64,000 bases of DNA from Scenedesmus sp. PABB004 (taxonomy: Eukaryota), in NCBI GenBank assembly GCA_014905635.1, contig JABVCE010000002.1, forward strand, positions 2,046,001 to 2,110,000, read 5' to 3'. Of this stretch, positions 12,317-30,288 are shown in pieces; within the stretch, counting starts at the first letter, position 1, and every line of letters begins with the position of its first letter. Below the pieces are notes generated by a model. The model was not told the origin of the DNA. It did no database searches and saw nothing but the letters and a program-made list of their open reading frames with translations. Both the position numbers and the translations under genes were made by a program.

Positions 12317-14709
12317 ATGGAGGGCTCCAGGCCGTACGCGTGGCCCTTTGACGGCGACCTGCGCGCCGACAACACGGCGCTGATCATCATCGACATGCAG
12401 GTCGACTTCTGCGGCGTCGGCGGATACGTCGACGCGATGGGTGCGCGCCGCACCGAGCGGGCGGCGCCGGCGCGCGCAGCCTGGCGCCCGGGCGCGCGCG
12501 GCCGAGCCGCCCGCCCGCGCCGCCGGCGCCGCCGCCCCGCAGGCTACGACCTGAGCCTCACGCGCGCGCCCATCGCGCCCATCCAGTGAGGCGCTGCGCC
12601 TCAGTCGCCCGCCCGCCGCGCGCACGCGTGCGCTCGCCCCCTCGCCCCCGAGCGCCGCGCCGCCGCGCAGGCGCGTGCTTGCGGCGTGCCGCGCCGGCGG
12701 CTTCACCATCATTCACACGCGCGAGGGCCACCGCCCCGACCTCTCCGACCTCCCAGCCAACAAGGCCTGGCGCTCCAAGCAGATCGGTGCGCGGCCCGGC
12801 CTGCGCGCGCCCCGTGCGCCCCGCACCGCCAGCCGCCGACCGCCGACCGCCGCCGCCCGGGCCCGCGCGCCGCAGGCGCGGGCATCGGCGAGCCCGGCCC
12901 GTCCGGCAGCCGCGTGCTGGTGCGCGGCGAGCCTGGCTGGGACATCATCCCCGAGCTCGCGCCCGCCCCCGGCGAGGTGGTGCTCGACAAGCCCGGCAAG
13001 GGCTGCTTCTGCGCCACGGGTGAGGCCGTCCGCTGGCGAGCCGCGCCCGCTCGCCAGCCCGCCAGCCCCGCCGCGGCCGCGCCGGGCCCGCGCACGCTCG
13101 CGCGCGCCGCGCCGACGCCGCCACGCGCGCCACGCGCGTCCACCCGCCCGCCAGACCTGCAGCTCGTGCTGTCCTGCCGCGGCGTGCGCAACATCATCCT
13201 CACCGGCGTGACCACCGGTGCGGTGCGCGCGCGGCGCGGCCGCCCCGCGCCGCGCGCGCACGCGCCGCCTGACAGCCCCCCGCCGCCGCCGCCCTGCGCC
13301 CGCGCTGCCGCCAGACGTGTGCGTGCACACGACGATGCGCGAGGCCAACGACCGGGGCTTTGAGTGCCTCCTGCTGACGGACGCGACGGGCGCGACCGAC
13401 CCCGCCAACCACGCCGCCGCGATCAGCATGGTCACCAAGCAGGGCGGCGTGTTCGGCGCCGTCGCCGACTCGGCGGCGCTGCTCGCCGCGTTCGCAGCGC
13501 GCGGGCTCGCGCCCGCGCTTCCGCCGGCGCCGGCGCCCGGTGGCGGCCGGCTCGCGCGCGTGGCGGCGGCGCCGTACGAGTACGAGCTGCCGCCCGGGCG
13601 CGCAGCACTGATCATGATTGACTTTCAAAAGGACTTCATGTGCGCCGGCGGCTTTGGCGCGGCGCTCGGCAACGACGTCACCCTGCTGCAGGCGCGTGCG
13701 CCGCTGCCGTGCCCGCGCCCGCGCCAGCGCCGCGCGTGCCGCGCGCCCAGGCCGCCGGCGCCGCCACGTCCGCCGCGTCCGCCAGGGCTGCCTGCCGGGC
13801 GCGGCCAAGCTGCTCGCGGCGTGCCGGTCCGCGGGCGTGGCAGTCGTGCACACGCTCGAGGCGCACCTGCCCGACCTGTCCGACCTCCACGCCTCCAAGG
13901 CGGCGCGGGGGCGGCTGCCCCCGGAGCTCCGCATCGGCGCGCCGGGCGGGCCGGGCATGGGTCGCATCCTCGTGCGCGGCGAGCCGGGCAACGGCATCGT
14001 GGATGAGGTCGCGCCCGTGCCGGTGCGGGCCGCGGCGGGGCCGCTGGGCCGGCGCCGGCGCCGGCGCCGGCCGGCGCGCGCGGGCGCCGCTGCCGCCCGG
14101 GGCGCGGCGGGGGCGGCCCGCACGCGCGCGCGGGGCTGAGGGAAGCAGCCGACCGGGCAGCCTGCTCAGCGCGCGCCGCACCTGCGCACGCGCGCGCCCA
14201 GGGCGAGAAGCTGCTGCACAAGCCAGGCAAGGGTGCCTTCTATGCGACCGACCTCGAGCCCTGGCTGCGCGGGCGCGGCGTCACGCACCTGCTCTTTGCC
14301 GGCGTGACGACCGAGGTCTGCGTGCAGACGAGCATGCGCGAGGCCAACGACCGCGGCTTTGAGTGCCTCCTGGTCAGCGACGCAACGGCGAGCTACTTCC
14401 CGGCCTTCAAGGTGTGACTTTGTGTGTGGCCTTGTGTGTGGCCTTGTGTGTGGCCTTGTGTGTGGCCTTGTGTGTGGCCTTGTGTGTGGCAAGCTTTGGG
14501 CCCTTGCGACAAAGACAGCCGGGCCTGCTGACGGCAGACAAGGGCCCTGCCGTGCCGCCGCCAGCGCACGCGGCAGACCCCGACCCCGCCGCCGCTGCCG
14601 CACCGCCGCCGCGCAGGCGGCGACGCTCGAGATGGTCGTGGCGCAGGGCGGCATCGTCGGCTGGGTCGCGGACGCCGACGCGGTGGCGGCTGCGCTCGCG
14701 GCCTGCTGA
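12317..14709 (+). CDS. Two-domain isochorismatase-family cysteine hydrolase: N-terminal biuret hydrolase (BiuH-like) fused to C-terminal triuret hydrolase (TrtA-like)
   Basis: Domain 1: [39 protein letters not shown]...[17 protein letters not shown]...DKPGKG...[17 protein letters not shown]...GATD...QGGVFG. Domain 2: [11 protein letters not shown]...[10 protein letters not shown]...[12 protein letters not shown]...[17 protein letters not shown]...ASYFP...QGGIVG. The linker lies within one exon (~13315-13691) and has no stop. Confidence 0.9.
14420..14490. repeat. Intronic 12-bp tandem repeat (TTGTGTGTGGCC) x about 6
   Basis: Directly visible in the last intron of the BiuH-TrtA gene. Confidence 0.9.
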
Positions 14710-15081
14710 CGGCCCTGTGCCGGGCGCCACAGCTGGGACTTCAACTCAAGGGGGCTCGCGCGCGTGTCTGGGCTCTGTCTGCCTAATGGATGCTGACTTA
14801 CCACGCGCGTGCTGGGTCTTGCTGCTGCCACCTGCACCTGCACTTGCACTCACGCGCCCTCGCTGTCGCCCTGCGCGCCCTCCTCCTGCCTGGATCCCCC
14901 CGCACGCACTGCCGCTGCCGCCATCGCTGCGAGACTTGCCTCTGCTGTGCGCATGCCCCGGCCCCGCCTGGGGCCTGTGGCTGGTCGCTGCCGCGCAAGA
15001 GTGGGTTTTAACAGGGTTGACGACCCCCGCGCGTGCGGCCTCAACGCCCAACTTGACAGCCACCGCGCCGCCGCAACCGGC

Positions 15082-15699
15082 TCACTCCAGGTGCAGCGCG
15101 ACGCCCACGCTCGGCGCGGCGCGGCCCAGCGCGAGCGCGTCGAGCTGGCAGCTGAGGCCGAGCTTGCCGACGCCCGGCACCGCCTGCTGGTAGAGCAGAC
15201 CCAGCCCGCCTGCAGCGGGCGGTGGACAGCGTGACGCGCACGCACACGGCGGCGAGCGGGGACGCGGCGGTTAGCGGCCGCAGGCGGCTTAAGCTTAAGC
15301 TTGCGCTGCCTGCCGCGTGCGCCGCTGCACGCCGGTGACTGCGCCTGCGCACCCGCGTGGTCCAGCCGCGCCTTGACCACGCCGCCGCTGTCGAGGCGGC
15401 GCGACGCGCCGAGGCTGAGCGCGTAGCCCTCGTCCTTGCCGCCCGCTGCGCGCGGCCGTGCGGCGCGGCGCGGTCGTCGGCGGCGCCGGCCAGCGACGTG
15501 ACAGCGCCTGCACCGCGGGTACCCCGCCGCCCGCGCGGGCACCCACCGGCCGGGTGGAGCGGCAGGCTGTACTCTGCCGCCACGCTGGCGCCGCCCTCAA
15601 ACACCTGGTGCAGGCTGAGCGTCGCGGAGCGCCTGGGGCCTCCGAGCGGCGTGCTGCCGGGCGCGCCGGGCGCGGTGTCGGTCAGGAACAGCCCCCACT

Positions 15700-15730
<31 letters not shown>

Positions 15731-16718
15731 TGGCAGCTGCAGTCAGGCGGCGGGTTGGTCCGCGCGCGCGCCGGGGTCGGCCCGCCGCAGCGGCCGCGCC
15801 GCCGCGCGCCGCACCTGCTGCCCCGACAGCGCGGCATCGCCGTCCTTGCCCTCCGCCGCAGCCATGCGCGTCCAGGTCGCGCCGACGCTCCACGACGCGA
15901 GCCGCCCGCCCGCGTCCAGCGCCGCGCGTGCGCCCACCACGCCCGCCGCGCCGAGGCCGGTGGTCGCGGACACCTCCGCCTGCGGCGGGCCGCGCAGCGG
16001 GCGCGCCGGGTCGCCGGGCGACAGCACGCCCCTGCGCGCGGCGCCGCGCCGGCGGCGCTGGTTGGTCTCGAGCTCGCGGCGCGCGCTGCGGCCGCGCGCT
16101 GCGCCCCTGCGCCAGCGCACCGCAGGCGCGCGCGGGCGTCGCTGTGGTCCAGGGTCAGCGACGCCGGGGCCGCGCCGCCCGTGAGCGTGGCCTGCAGACC
16201 CGGCACGCCCAGCGCGCCGCTCAGCGTCGCCAAGCCTGCGCCGGCGGTCAGCTCAGCGCGCGCGTGCGCGACTGCCGTGTGGCGCAGGCGGCGCGCGCGC
16301 GGCGCTGCCGCGCACCCGTCACGCTGCCGCCGGGTCCGATGATCGCCAGCGCGAGCAGGCGCGGCAGCGGCGAGTACAGTAGGGTCAGGCTCGACGCCAC
16401 GCCGCCGTGCTGCACAGCCGCGCTCGCGTTGAGCACGACGCCGTCGGCCGTCACGGAGCTCGCGGCGACCTTGGCCGTGCCTGAGGTGGGCGGATCCGGA
16501 GAGCGCGTGGGCCAAAAGCGGCCACCAGCGGCTACCAGGGCCAACCGCGTGCCCAGTGGGAGAGCGCGTGCAGCGCGCGCGCAGCGGCAGCGGCGCCGCC
16601 GGCGCGCACCCGGCGCGATGGCGCCCTCGCCCGTGGCCGTGTCGCCAAAGAGCAGCGTGCGGGTGGGCTTCGTGAGGTCGGCGAACAGCGGCAGCGCCGC
16701 CGCCGCCGCCGCTGGCAT
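15082..16718 (-). CDS. Divergent eukaryotic porin (VDAC-like)
   Basis: N-terminal LPLFADLTKPTRTLL resembles the VDAC helix, followed by amphipathic beta segments. C-terminus RRLDSGGVVKARLDHAG|GLGLLYQQAVPGVGKLGLSCQLDAL...SVGVALHLE* parallels plant VDAC C-termini. Confidence 0.7.
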
Positions 16719-16902
16719 CGCGACGTCGCCGCGGCCGCGCGCGGGCAGCGAGGCCTCGGGGCTGCGCAGCTGCGGGGGCACTGTGCGGGTAGAGCCCTGC
16801 TCGTGACTGGCCGCGGCGGCGCGAGCGCCCGAGGCGAGCGGCGTGAGCTCACAAAACCGCGGCCACTCGAGCGGCCGCGGTTCTCCAAAAACCCGCCGCC
16901 AC

Positions 16903-22306
<5,404 letters not shown>

Positions 22307-22566
22307 GTCCGCGGCGGCGGTCGCGGCACGCCTGCGGCGTGCGCGTGCGTCAGTGAGTGCGCGTCGGTAGGTGCGGGCGCGGGATGGCTGGCGGAGCGTG
22401 CGGGGCTGGCGCGCACTGCACTGCGCCGCCGCGTGGCGACGGTCGCCGCTTGGTCCCAGCCGAAGCGGCGGCGCAACGCGCATTGCGTCCCAATTGCGCT
22501 CACGCGATCCCGGCGGTCTCACGGCATCGGGCAGCACACCGGGGCGCGCGCAGGGGCGGGGGCGCG

Positions 22567-25465
22567 ATGCTGGTCCGCACGCTCATGTCCAGCGGCGCCG
22601 TGGGACGCGCCGGCCGCGCCAGCGCGCTGTGCGGCATGCGGTGCCTGCAGAGCGCCGCGCGAAGCGTCAGGTGCGCCGCGCTGCCGCGTGTCAGCCCGCC
22701 AGGGGCGCGGCAGCAGCGGCGCCGCTGCCCGTGGCCGCTGCTCGCCGCGCCGCCGCCGCCGCCGCCGCGCGCGGGCCGCCCACCCGCCCGCCGCCTCCGC
22801 TGCCGCCGCGTCAGGCCCGTGTCCAGGCCGCCGCAGCAGGGCGCATGCGGCGCCGCGGTGGGCGCGCGCGAGCAGCAGCAGCGGCGCCTGGCGACCAGCC
22901 CCGCGGCCGCGGCGGCGGAGGTCGAGGCGCCGGCCTGCGCGGCAGCGGCCGCGGGCGGCGCGCAGCAGCAGCCGGTGGCCAACCTGGTGACGGTGCTGCG
23001 CAGCAGGGGGCTGCTGCAGGACGTGACCTCGGAGGAGCTCGAAAAGGTGGGAGGGCCGCCCCGCGGCGACGGCACCCACGCAACAGCTGCGGCCAGGCGG
23101 CAAATGTGAATGGTTGGGCGCGCCGTGTCGCGCCCACGCTCGCGCCTCCCCGCCTGGCTCGCCGCAGGCCGCTGCCAGCAGCTGCCTGCCCATCTATTGC
23201 GGCTTTGACCCCACGGCCGACAGCTTGCACCTCGGTGCGCGCCCGCGCCGGCGGTCTGCGTCGCGGCGGCGGCGGCGGCAGCTGTCCAGGCGCGGCGGCG
23301 GCCGCTGGGCCACGCCGCTCACGCGCCGCTGCGCTGCGCGCTGCCCCCGCCCGCCGGCAGGCAATCTCCTGGGTATCATCGTCCTGGCCTGGGCGGGCGC
23401 GTGCGGGCACACGCCCATCGCGCTGCTCGGCGGCGCCACGGGCCGCGTCGGCGACCCCAGCGGCCGCAGCACGGAGCGACCTGTGATGAGCGAGGATGAG
23501 ATCCAGGGCAATGTGGAGGGTGAGCCGCAGCGGCAGGGGCTGGCGGGCCGTGTGCCGCCGGCGGCGGCAGGGGCTGGCGGGCCGCGCCCGAGCCGCGGAT
23601 GCGCTCATGGCTCAGCGCCGCGCCGCGCCGCGCGCCGCCGCAGCCATCGGCGCCACGCTGCGCACCATCCTCGGCCGCGCGGCGAGCCAGCTCTCGGTCG
23701 GGCCCGACGGCCGGGTCGCGTACGGCGCCGCCGCCGGCGCCGCCAGCGGCAGCGGCAGCGTGACCGTGCTGAACAACCTGGACTGGTTCGGGCCGATGAG
23801 CTTCCTGGGCTTCCTGCGCGACGTCGGCAAGTACGCGCGCGTGGGCCAGATGCTCGCCAAGGACTCGGTGCGAACGCGCAAACGCCGCAAACGCCCGCCA
23901 AGCACCCGCCCGCCCGCCGGCCGGCGCGGCCGCGCGCGAGACTCGCGCGCACGCGCGACGCTGCGCGGCCGCGGCGCTGCCGACGCCCCTGCCCGTCGCG
24001 CTGCGCGGCAGGTGCGGTCGCGCATGGAGAGCGAGAGCGGCATCAGCTTCACAGAGTTCACCTACCAGCTGCTCCAAGGCTACGACTTTGCCCACCTCGC
24101 GCGCGAGCACGGCGTGCGCGTGCAGGTGCGCCGCGGCGCGGCGCGGCGCGGCGCGGCCGCGTCAGCGCGGGCAGCACGCGCGCCGCGGCGCCGCGCCCGG
24201 GCGCCGAGGCCCCGTGCGCGCCGCAGGTCGGCGGCAGCGACCAGTGGGGCAACATCACCGCCGGCACCGACCTCATCCGCAAGCTGCTCGGCGGCGAGGG
24301 CGAGGAGCCGCCGCAGTGCTTCGGCCTCACCTTCCCGCTGCTGGTGCGCCGCGCCGCGCCGCGCCGCGTGCACGCGCGTGCGCTCGCGCGCCGCAGCGGC
24401 CCCGGCGCGCCGGCGCGAGCGCCCGCGCCCGCGCCCCGCCGCCGGCAGGTGGACAGCGAGGGCCGCAAGTTTGGAAAGTCCACCGGCGGCGCCGTCTGGC
24501 TGAGCGCGGAGCGGCTGTCGCCCTACAAGTTCTATCAGTACCTCTTCCAGGTGGGTGCCGGCCGAGGCGGGCCCCGCGCCGAGCGGCGCCCCGGCGCCAG
24601 CGGCCGCGCCCGCCCGCGCGCCCGCTGCCGCCGACGCCACGCCCGCCGCTCGTGCCGCTGACGCCTCCGCGCACGCCGCCGGTGTGTCGGACAACCTAAC
24701 AAACGAACAAACTAACAGGTGACTGACGCTGACGTCATCAAGTTCCTGCGCATGCTCACCTTCCTGCCGCTGCACGAGATCGACGCGCTCGAGGCGGCCA
24801 TGGCCGGCCCCGGCTACGCGCCCAACACCGCGCAGCGCCTGCTCGCCGAGGCGGTCACGCGGTGCGCGCGCGCGCGCGCGCGCGCGGCGGGGAGGGGGCG
24901 GGAAGGCAGAGGCAGGGGCGTGGCGTGCGCTGGCACCAGCGCGCGCGAGCAGCCCGCCCACGCGTGCCGCCGCCACCGCCGCCGCATGCCGCCGCCGCCG
25001 CCGCGGCGCAGGTTTGTGCACGGCGAGGAGGGCCTCGCGCAGGCGGTCAAGGCGACCGAGGCGCTGCGCCCGGGCGCCGCAACGGCGCTGGACGCGGCGA
25101 CGCTGGAGGCGATCGCGGGTGCGCGCGGCGACCGCGCGCGCGCTGTGCGACACCTGCTGCCCCCGCCGCCGACCCCGGCCCCGCGCCCGCGCGCGTGCGC
25201 GCGCGCAGGCGACGCGCCGAGCTGCGCGCTGCCGTCGTCGGCGCTCGTGGGCGCGCCGCTGACGGAGGTCATGGTGGCGTCGGGCATGCTGAAGAGCAAG
25301 GGCGAGGTGCGGCGGCTCATCCGCGGCGGCGGCGTGTACCTGAACAACGCCAAGGTGTCGGACGAGCTCGCGAGCGTGGGCCCGGCTGACCTCATCGACG
25401 GCCGCCTGCTGCTCCTCGCGGCGGGCAAGAAGAACAAGATGCTCGTGCGCGTGAGCGACGCGTGA
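22567..25465 (+). CDS. tyrS: Organellar (bacterial-type) tyrosyl-tRNA synthetase
   Basis: [54 protein letters not shown] and a C-terminal S4-like domain ([17 protein letters not shown]...AGKKN). N-terminal transit-like extension. Confidence 0.97.
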
Positions 25466-25798
25466 GGGGGTCGGGGTGTGCCGCCGCGCCGCCGCGGCTG
25501 CAACGAGCGCCGGCGCGAGCGAGCGCAGCGCGAACATCGCAGTGCCGTGGGCCAGTCCCCGGCCAGCGGTCCCAGCAGCGGTCTGCCGGCGCCCCCACTC
25601 GCCACCTCGCGTCAGCCACGTGGCCGTGAGGAGTAGACGCCCGCAATCTCCAGGAGGCCAGAGCGCGCGAGGCGCACACGCAGCGGCCGGGCAGCAGCGG
25701 CCGCGCCATCCCCGCAACGTCCCGCGGCGCGAGCCCGCTTCGCTGCCCGACAGGTGCCGGGCCAGGGTGCTGCTAGGTGCCCAACTGACCGGAAAGCT

Positions 25799-28016
25799 AT
25801 GGCGTCGTGGGCCCTGGTGGCCGTGTTGCTCGCGTCGGCGCTCGGCGGCGCGGCTGCCGGCCTGGCCGCGCCCGACGCCTGCTCTGGCGTGGTCCCGGGC
25901 CTCTGCGAGCGAGTGATCGCGGTGCCCACAGGTCGGCCGCAGCCTCTGGCGGCGGCGGCTGGCGTCACCGCCGCGCCGCCGCGCTGCGTCTCACCCGCCC
26001 CTGCTGCCTGCCGCATTGCGGCTCACCCGCTGCCTGCCGCCTGTCGCGTCGCCGCCGCGCGCACGCTCAGGCTACAGCCTCACGCTCTGCGGCAACAACA
26101 AGACCTGCGGCATGGTCATCACCAGCACGCCCCAGCCCGCGTGCTCGCTCGCGCCGGCCGGCGTGAGCGCGGCGGCCCTCGAGCGCGCGGCGGGCGTGTG
26201 CAACGCCAGCGACGCGCTCGCCGTCCTCGTGGCCCGCGCGCCGGCGCTGATGCAGGCGGGCACCCCCGCGGCGGCGGTGCCGTTCCGGCGCGCGACGGTC
26301 GACCTGCTGTCAGCCGTCGCGGCGCAGGAGGCGGCGCTGACCGCCGCGGCGGGCGCCGCGGGCGTCGGCGTGAATGATGTACCGTTGCAGGACCAGCTCG
26401 AGGAGCAGCTCGCGCTGCGCACGCTGGCCGGCACCCGCGGCCTGCAGTACGTCTACGCGCCGCCGCTCACGCCCGCCGGCCTCCGCGACGCGGCGAGCCG
26501 CCTCGAGCCCTGCGTCGCGGCGGCGCCCGACGACGCCGACAGCTGCGCGCCCTTCGTCGACTGGTTTGCAGCGTACGCGGAGACCGCGTTCCAGTCGGCG
26601 TCGGGCGACCTGGGCAGCGTGCTGGCGCTCGTCGTCACTGTGCTGGACGACCTCGCGGCCGCGGCGGAGGAGGTGCGCCGCCGCGTGGCCGACATGCTGT
26701 CGGTGGCGTCGTACGCCGGCTTCCTGGATGGCGCGGGCGGCGCGGCGGAGAGCCAGGGCTGCCTCGACCCGCACGAGTGCTTCGACGGCCTGCTGAACGC
26801 GACCTGGATGCAGCTGCAGCACGAGGTGCCGGCGACGCTCAACGCGGCGCACCCCGTGCTGGACGCCGCCGAGGCGCTCGTGGCCGCGATCAACGCCTCC
26901 CGCGCCGACGCGGCGGCGGCCGCCGCCGCTAGCGCGTCGGCACGCGACGACCCGGCCGCGCGCCGCGCCGCGCTCGAGCGCGCGCTGCTGGCGCTGATGC
27001 GCGGCGACGCGGGCGCCGGCTCGGCGCGGGCGGCGCTGGAGGCCGGGCCCGCGCTGCTGGCTCGCCTGCTGGCTGGCTACGCCGGCCTGCCCCTCCTCGC
27101 GGGCTGGGAGGCGCCCGCAGCGGCGCTCGCGGGCCTCGCGGACGCGCTGGGCGGCGCGTTCGGCGAGGCGTCCGCCCAATACGCCGCGCGCCTGCAGCTC
27201 GCGCTCAAGACGATCGCGGAGAGCCAGCACGAGATCATGGAGCTGCTCCCCGGCGTGACAACACACATGAGCACCTGCCCCGACGGCTCCCTGCACGCGC
27301 GCTGCGACGGCGTCGACGCGTGCGCGCTGGCGGCGCCGGACGCCAACGGCACGGCCGTGGCGGCGCCGACGGGCTGCGGTGAGGGGCTGCGCTGCGTCAC
27401 CGACGCGTGCAGGGGCTGCGCCGCGTCGTGCGTGCGCAGCACGACCACCGCGTCGGCGCTGGCCACGCTCGCCGTGCTCAAGGACTGGCTCGGCCGCCTC
27501 CGCACCGACACGACGCTCACGAGCGCGTCGAGCAGCGTGAAGGCCCAGCTCCCGCGCCTGCGCGACGCGCTGGCCTACCTCAAGTCCGCCGCGTCGGCGC
27601 CGAGTGCGGGAGGGAGCCGCGCCGCGCCGCATGCATGGCCGCGCGGCCCGCCGTCAGCTGTCGCTGACCCGGCCGCCGCCGCCTGCCGCCGCACCCGCGC
27701 TCGCGCAGCGGTGGGCGACCGCGGCCTGCTCTGGCGCGCCGGCGTGCTGGCGTTCAACCGCCAGCTTGCCATCGCGCAGCTGCCCGCCTTCCCCTGCCCC
27801 GCCGGAAGCACAAAACGCTGCTTCACCGCCGGCAAGTGGAAGCGCTGCGCGACGGTTGCCAAGGTCGGCAGCTGCAGCCTCGGCACGGAGCCCGTCGCGC
27901 TGCCCAACGGTCACATCCCCTGGGTCGCCACTCACCTGGGGCTGCAGGACGCGCTCTGGCGCTCGCTCGACCTGCTCGCCGGCCCCGCCCGCGCAGCCGC
28001 GCGGGGCAGCGGGTGA
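25799..28016 (+). CDS. Secreted hypothetical protein with Cys-rich modules and a long Ala-rich helical region
   Basis: Signal peptide MASWALVAVLLASALGGAAA. Intron at ~25932-26070. Long exon with coding-like codon usage. Cys motif CPDG...CDGVDAC...C...C...C..C...C. Confidence 0.7.
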
Positions 28017-28597
28017 CCTGCGCGGGCACGGAGCCTTTTGCGGGCAGCCCTTCGGGTGGCGGCGCTGACACTTCACGCAAATTGAGTTTTGTTCGTCCAT
28101 TCAGGCTTGCGCAGCCTCTGGGCTCCGGCCCGCCCCTCCTCTCGTTGCAAGCGCCCCATCTCTTAATGAACTGCGCCTTCTCACCCGCGCGTCCATCCCT
28201 TGCATCTCTTCAAGGTGTCGTCAGAGCCGGCGACCTAGCCCCTGCGAGGGGGTGCATTGAGCACTGAACCGGCCGGCACAACGCGTGCTGTGCTGGCAGG
28301 CCAGGTGACCCGGCTGTTGCACGCCGTCGTGCACGCATCACTGCATGCACTGCGTCGGCTGATCTCGATCTCGTGGTTTGGTTGATTCGCGGCTCAGCCG
28401 CGGCCTGCATATCTTGGGCTGCGGCCCAGTCAAGAAAGGGGGCGGTCATCGTCACAGTCCCCGGTGGACGCTGAGGAGTCTTCCCTGATTCGTGCTCGGC
28501 GCAACGGCTGGTGGCGGGCGACGGAGGGCGTGCGTGCGTGGCACGTTGACGTTACAACGTGACGGCTGGCCGGCCGCGCGCCCGTCTCGCTCGCCGT

Positions 28598-30288
28598 TCA
28601 CTCGCCGCCGGGCGGCGCGCTGCTGCCGCCATCATGCGCGCCCGGGCCCGCGGTCGCCAGCGCATCTGCCAGCCCCTCCAGCGCCTCGCCGCGCGGCCCG
28701 ACCTCCGCCGCGAGCTCCCGCAGCTCCAGCTGCTGCAGCGCGGCGGCCGCCCCCGACGCGGTGGGGCCCGCGGGGCCGCCCTCACCGCTGCTGCGGCTGC
28801 CAGGCACAGCCAGGCCGAGCGCCACGCCCTCGCCGAGGTCGCCCACGGGAAGGTCGATGCTGGCGCCGCGGCTGGGCACGCCGGGCGCCACATTCGCCGG
28901 CAGCGGCACGCCCGTGACGATGCCGCCACCGGCGCCGGCAGCGCCGGCGGCGGGCGCGTCGTCCCACGGGTCTGCCCACGGAGCTGTGCTGGCGGCGGGG
29001 ACGGCGCGCGGCGCGGCGCCGCCCACGGCGCTGCTGCCGCCCACGGCCCCGGCTGCGCCGCCCCAGGCGCTGCTGGCGGGCGCGGCCGGCTCGGTGCCGC
29101 CGTCGCCGGCGTCCCTGCCGGCAGCGACGACCAGCGGCTTGGCCCAGGCCCCTGGCGCCGCCGGCAGCTTGGCCACGATGGGGACGCCGCTCGCCGCATT
29201 CGCCGCGTCCGACGGCAGCGGCATCAGCGGCGCCGCCGCGATGTCGAGCGGCGGCGGCGTTTCGGCCTGGGGCCGGCGCTGCAGCGGGTGCGCCAGCAGC
29301 ATGCCCTGCGCCGGCGGCCGCGTCAGGCGGCGGGGCCCGCGTCAGGCGACGGGGCCCGCGCCGCGCCGGCGCCGCCACGCCGCCGCGCGCCGCGCCGCCG
29401 GCGCCGCACCATGCAGCTCAGCATCTTGCGCGACGCGCCGGCGGAGGCCTCGTAGATGTGGCTCGCGTGCCCCGCCGCGGCCGCCAGGCGCTCGACCGCG
29501 GCCTCCAGGGCCTCGTACACCTCCTGGGGCTGGTTGACCCCCGGGGCGGGCTTGGCGTGGAGGTAGAGGCAGTCCAGGGCCACGCCGTCGCCGACGTCGC
29601 CGCGCAGCACCGGCGCCGGCAGGCAGGAGCGGCCGTACAGGAGCACCACGCGCAGCAGCGGCGCCGCGGCGGGCGCGGCGGCGCGCGCCTGCTGCTGCGC
29701 GGGGCCCGCGCCGGCCGGCACGAGCAGCGCGTGCGCCAGCCGGCGCAGCGGCATGGGCGCCGGCGCCGCGCCGCGCCACGCCGGCGGCGGCGTCGCGAGC
29801 TGCCGGCGCAGCGGCGCGACCGCCGCCACGAGCGCGGCGAGGTCGAGCGGCTCGCCCGGCTCCGCGTCCGCCTCGGCGGCCGCCACGGCGCGCAGGTGGC
29901 CCAGCAGCTCGTCCGCGCTGCTGGTGGGGCTGAACGGCAGCAGCGCCGCGCCGCGCTGCGAGAGCGTGGCGAGCGCGAAGCGGTGCGCGGGGCAGACGCG
30001 GAGCTTGGCGGCGACGAACGCGGCGACCGCGTGCTTCACCGCCTCCAGCCGCGACGCGCTGCGCGCGGCTGCAGAGAGGTGTGTGTGTGTGTGGGTGGGG
30101 GGCGGGGCGGGTGCTGGGTGGGCGTGGGCGGGCAGGTGGGCGCTGCCGCTGCTGCTGCTGGCGCGGCGACCGCTGCCGCACTGCGCTGCCGCCGCCGCAC
30201 GTTCGTCGCCCGTGTCCACCACCGTGTCGATCGCAAACACTATGGTCTCAGGGGCGTGCGCGAAGGCCACGCCGAGCGGCGGCGCCAT
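28598..30288 (-). CDS. BABAM1: BRISC/BRCA1-A complex member 1 (MERIT40/NBA1-like, vWA-like)
   Basis: [53 protein letters not shown] and [13 protein letters not shown] on the - strand (TTACA) at 28552-28556. Confidence 0.8.

Noticed and set aside
28471..28495. CTGAGGAGTC resembling a second hammerhead core
   Set aside because: No matching stem II followed by GAAA and no closing stems.
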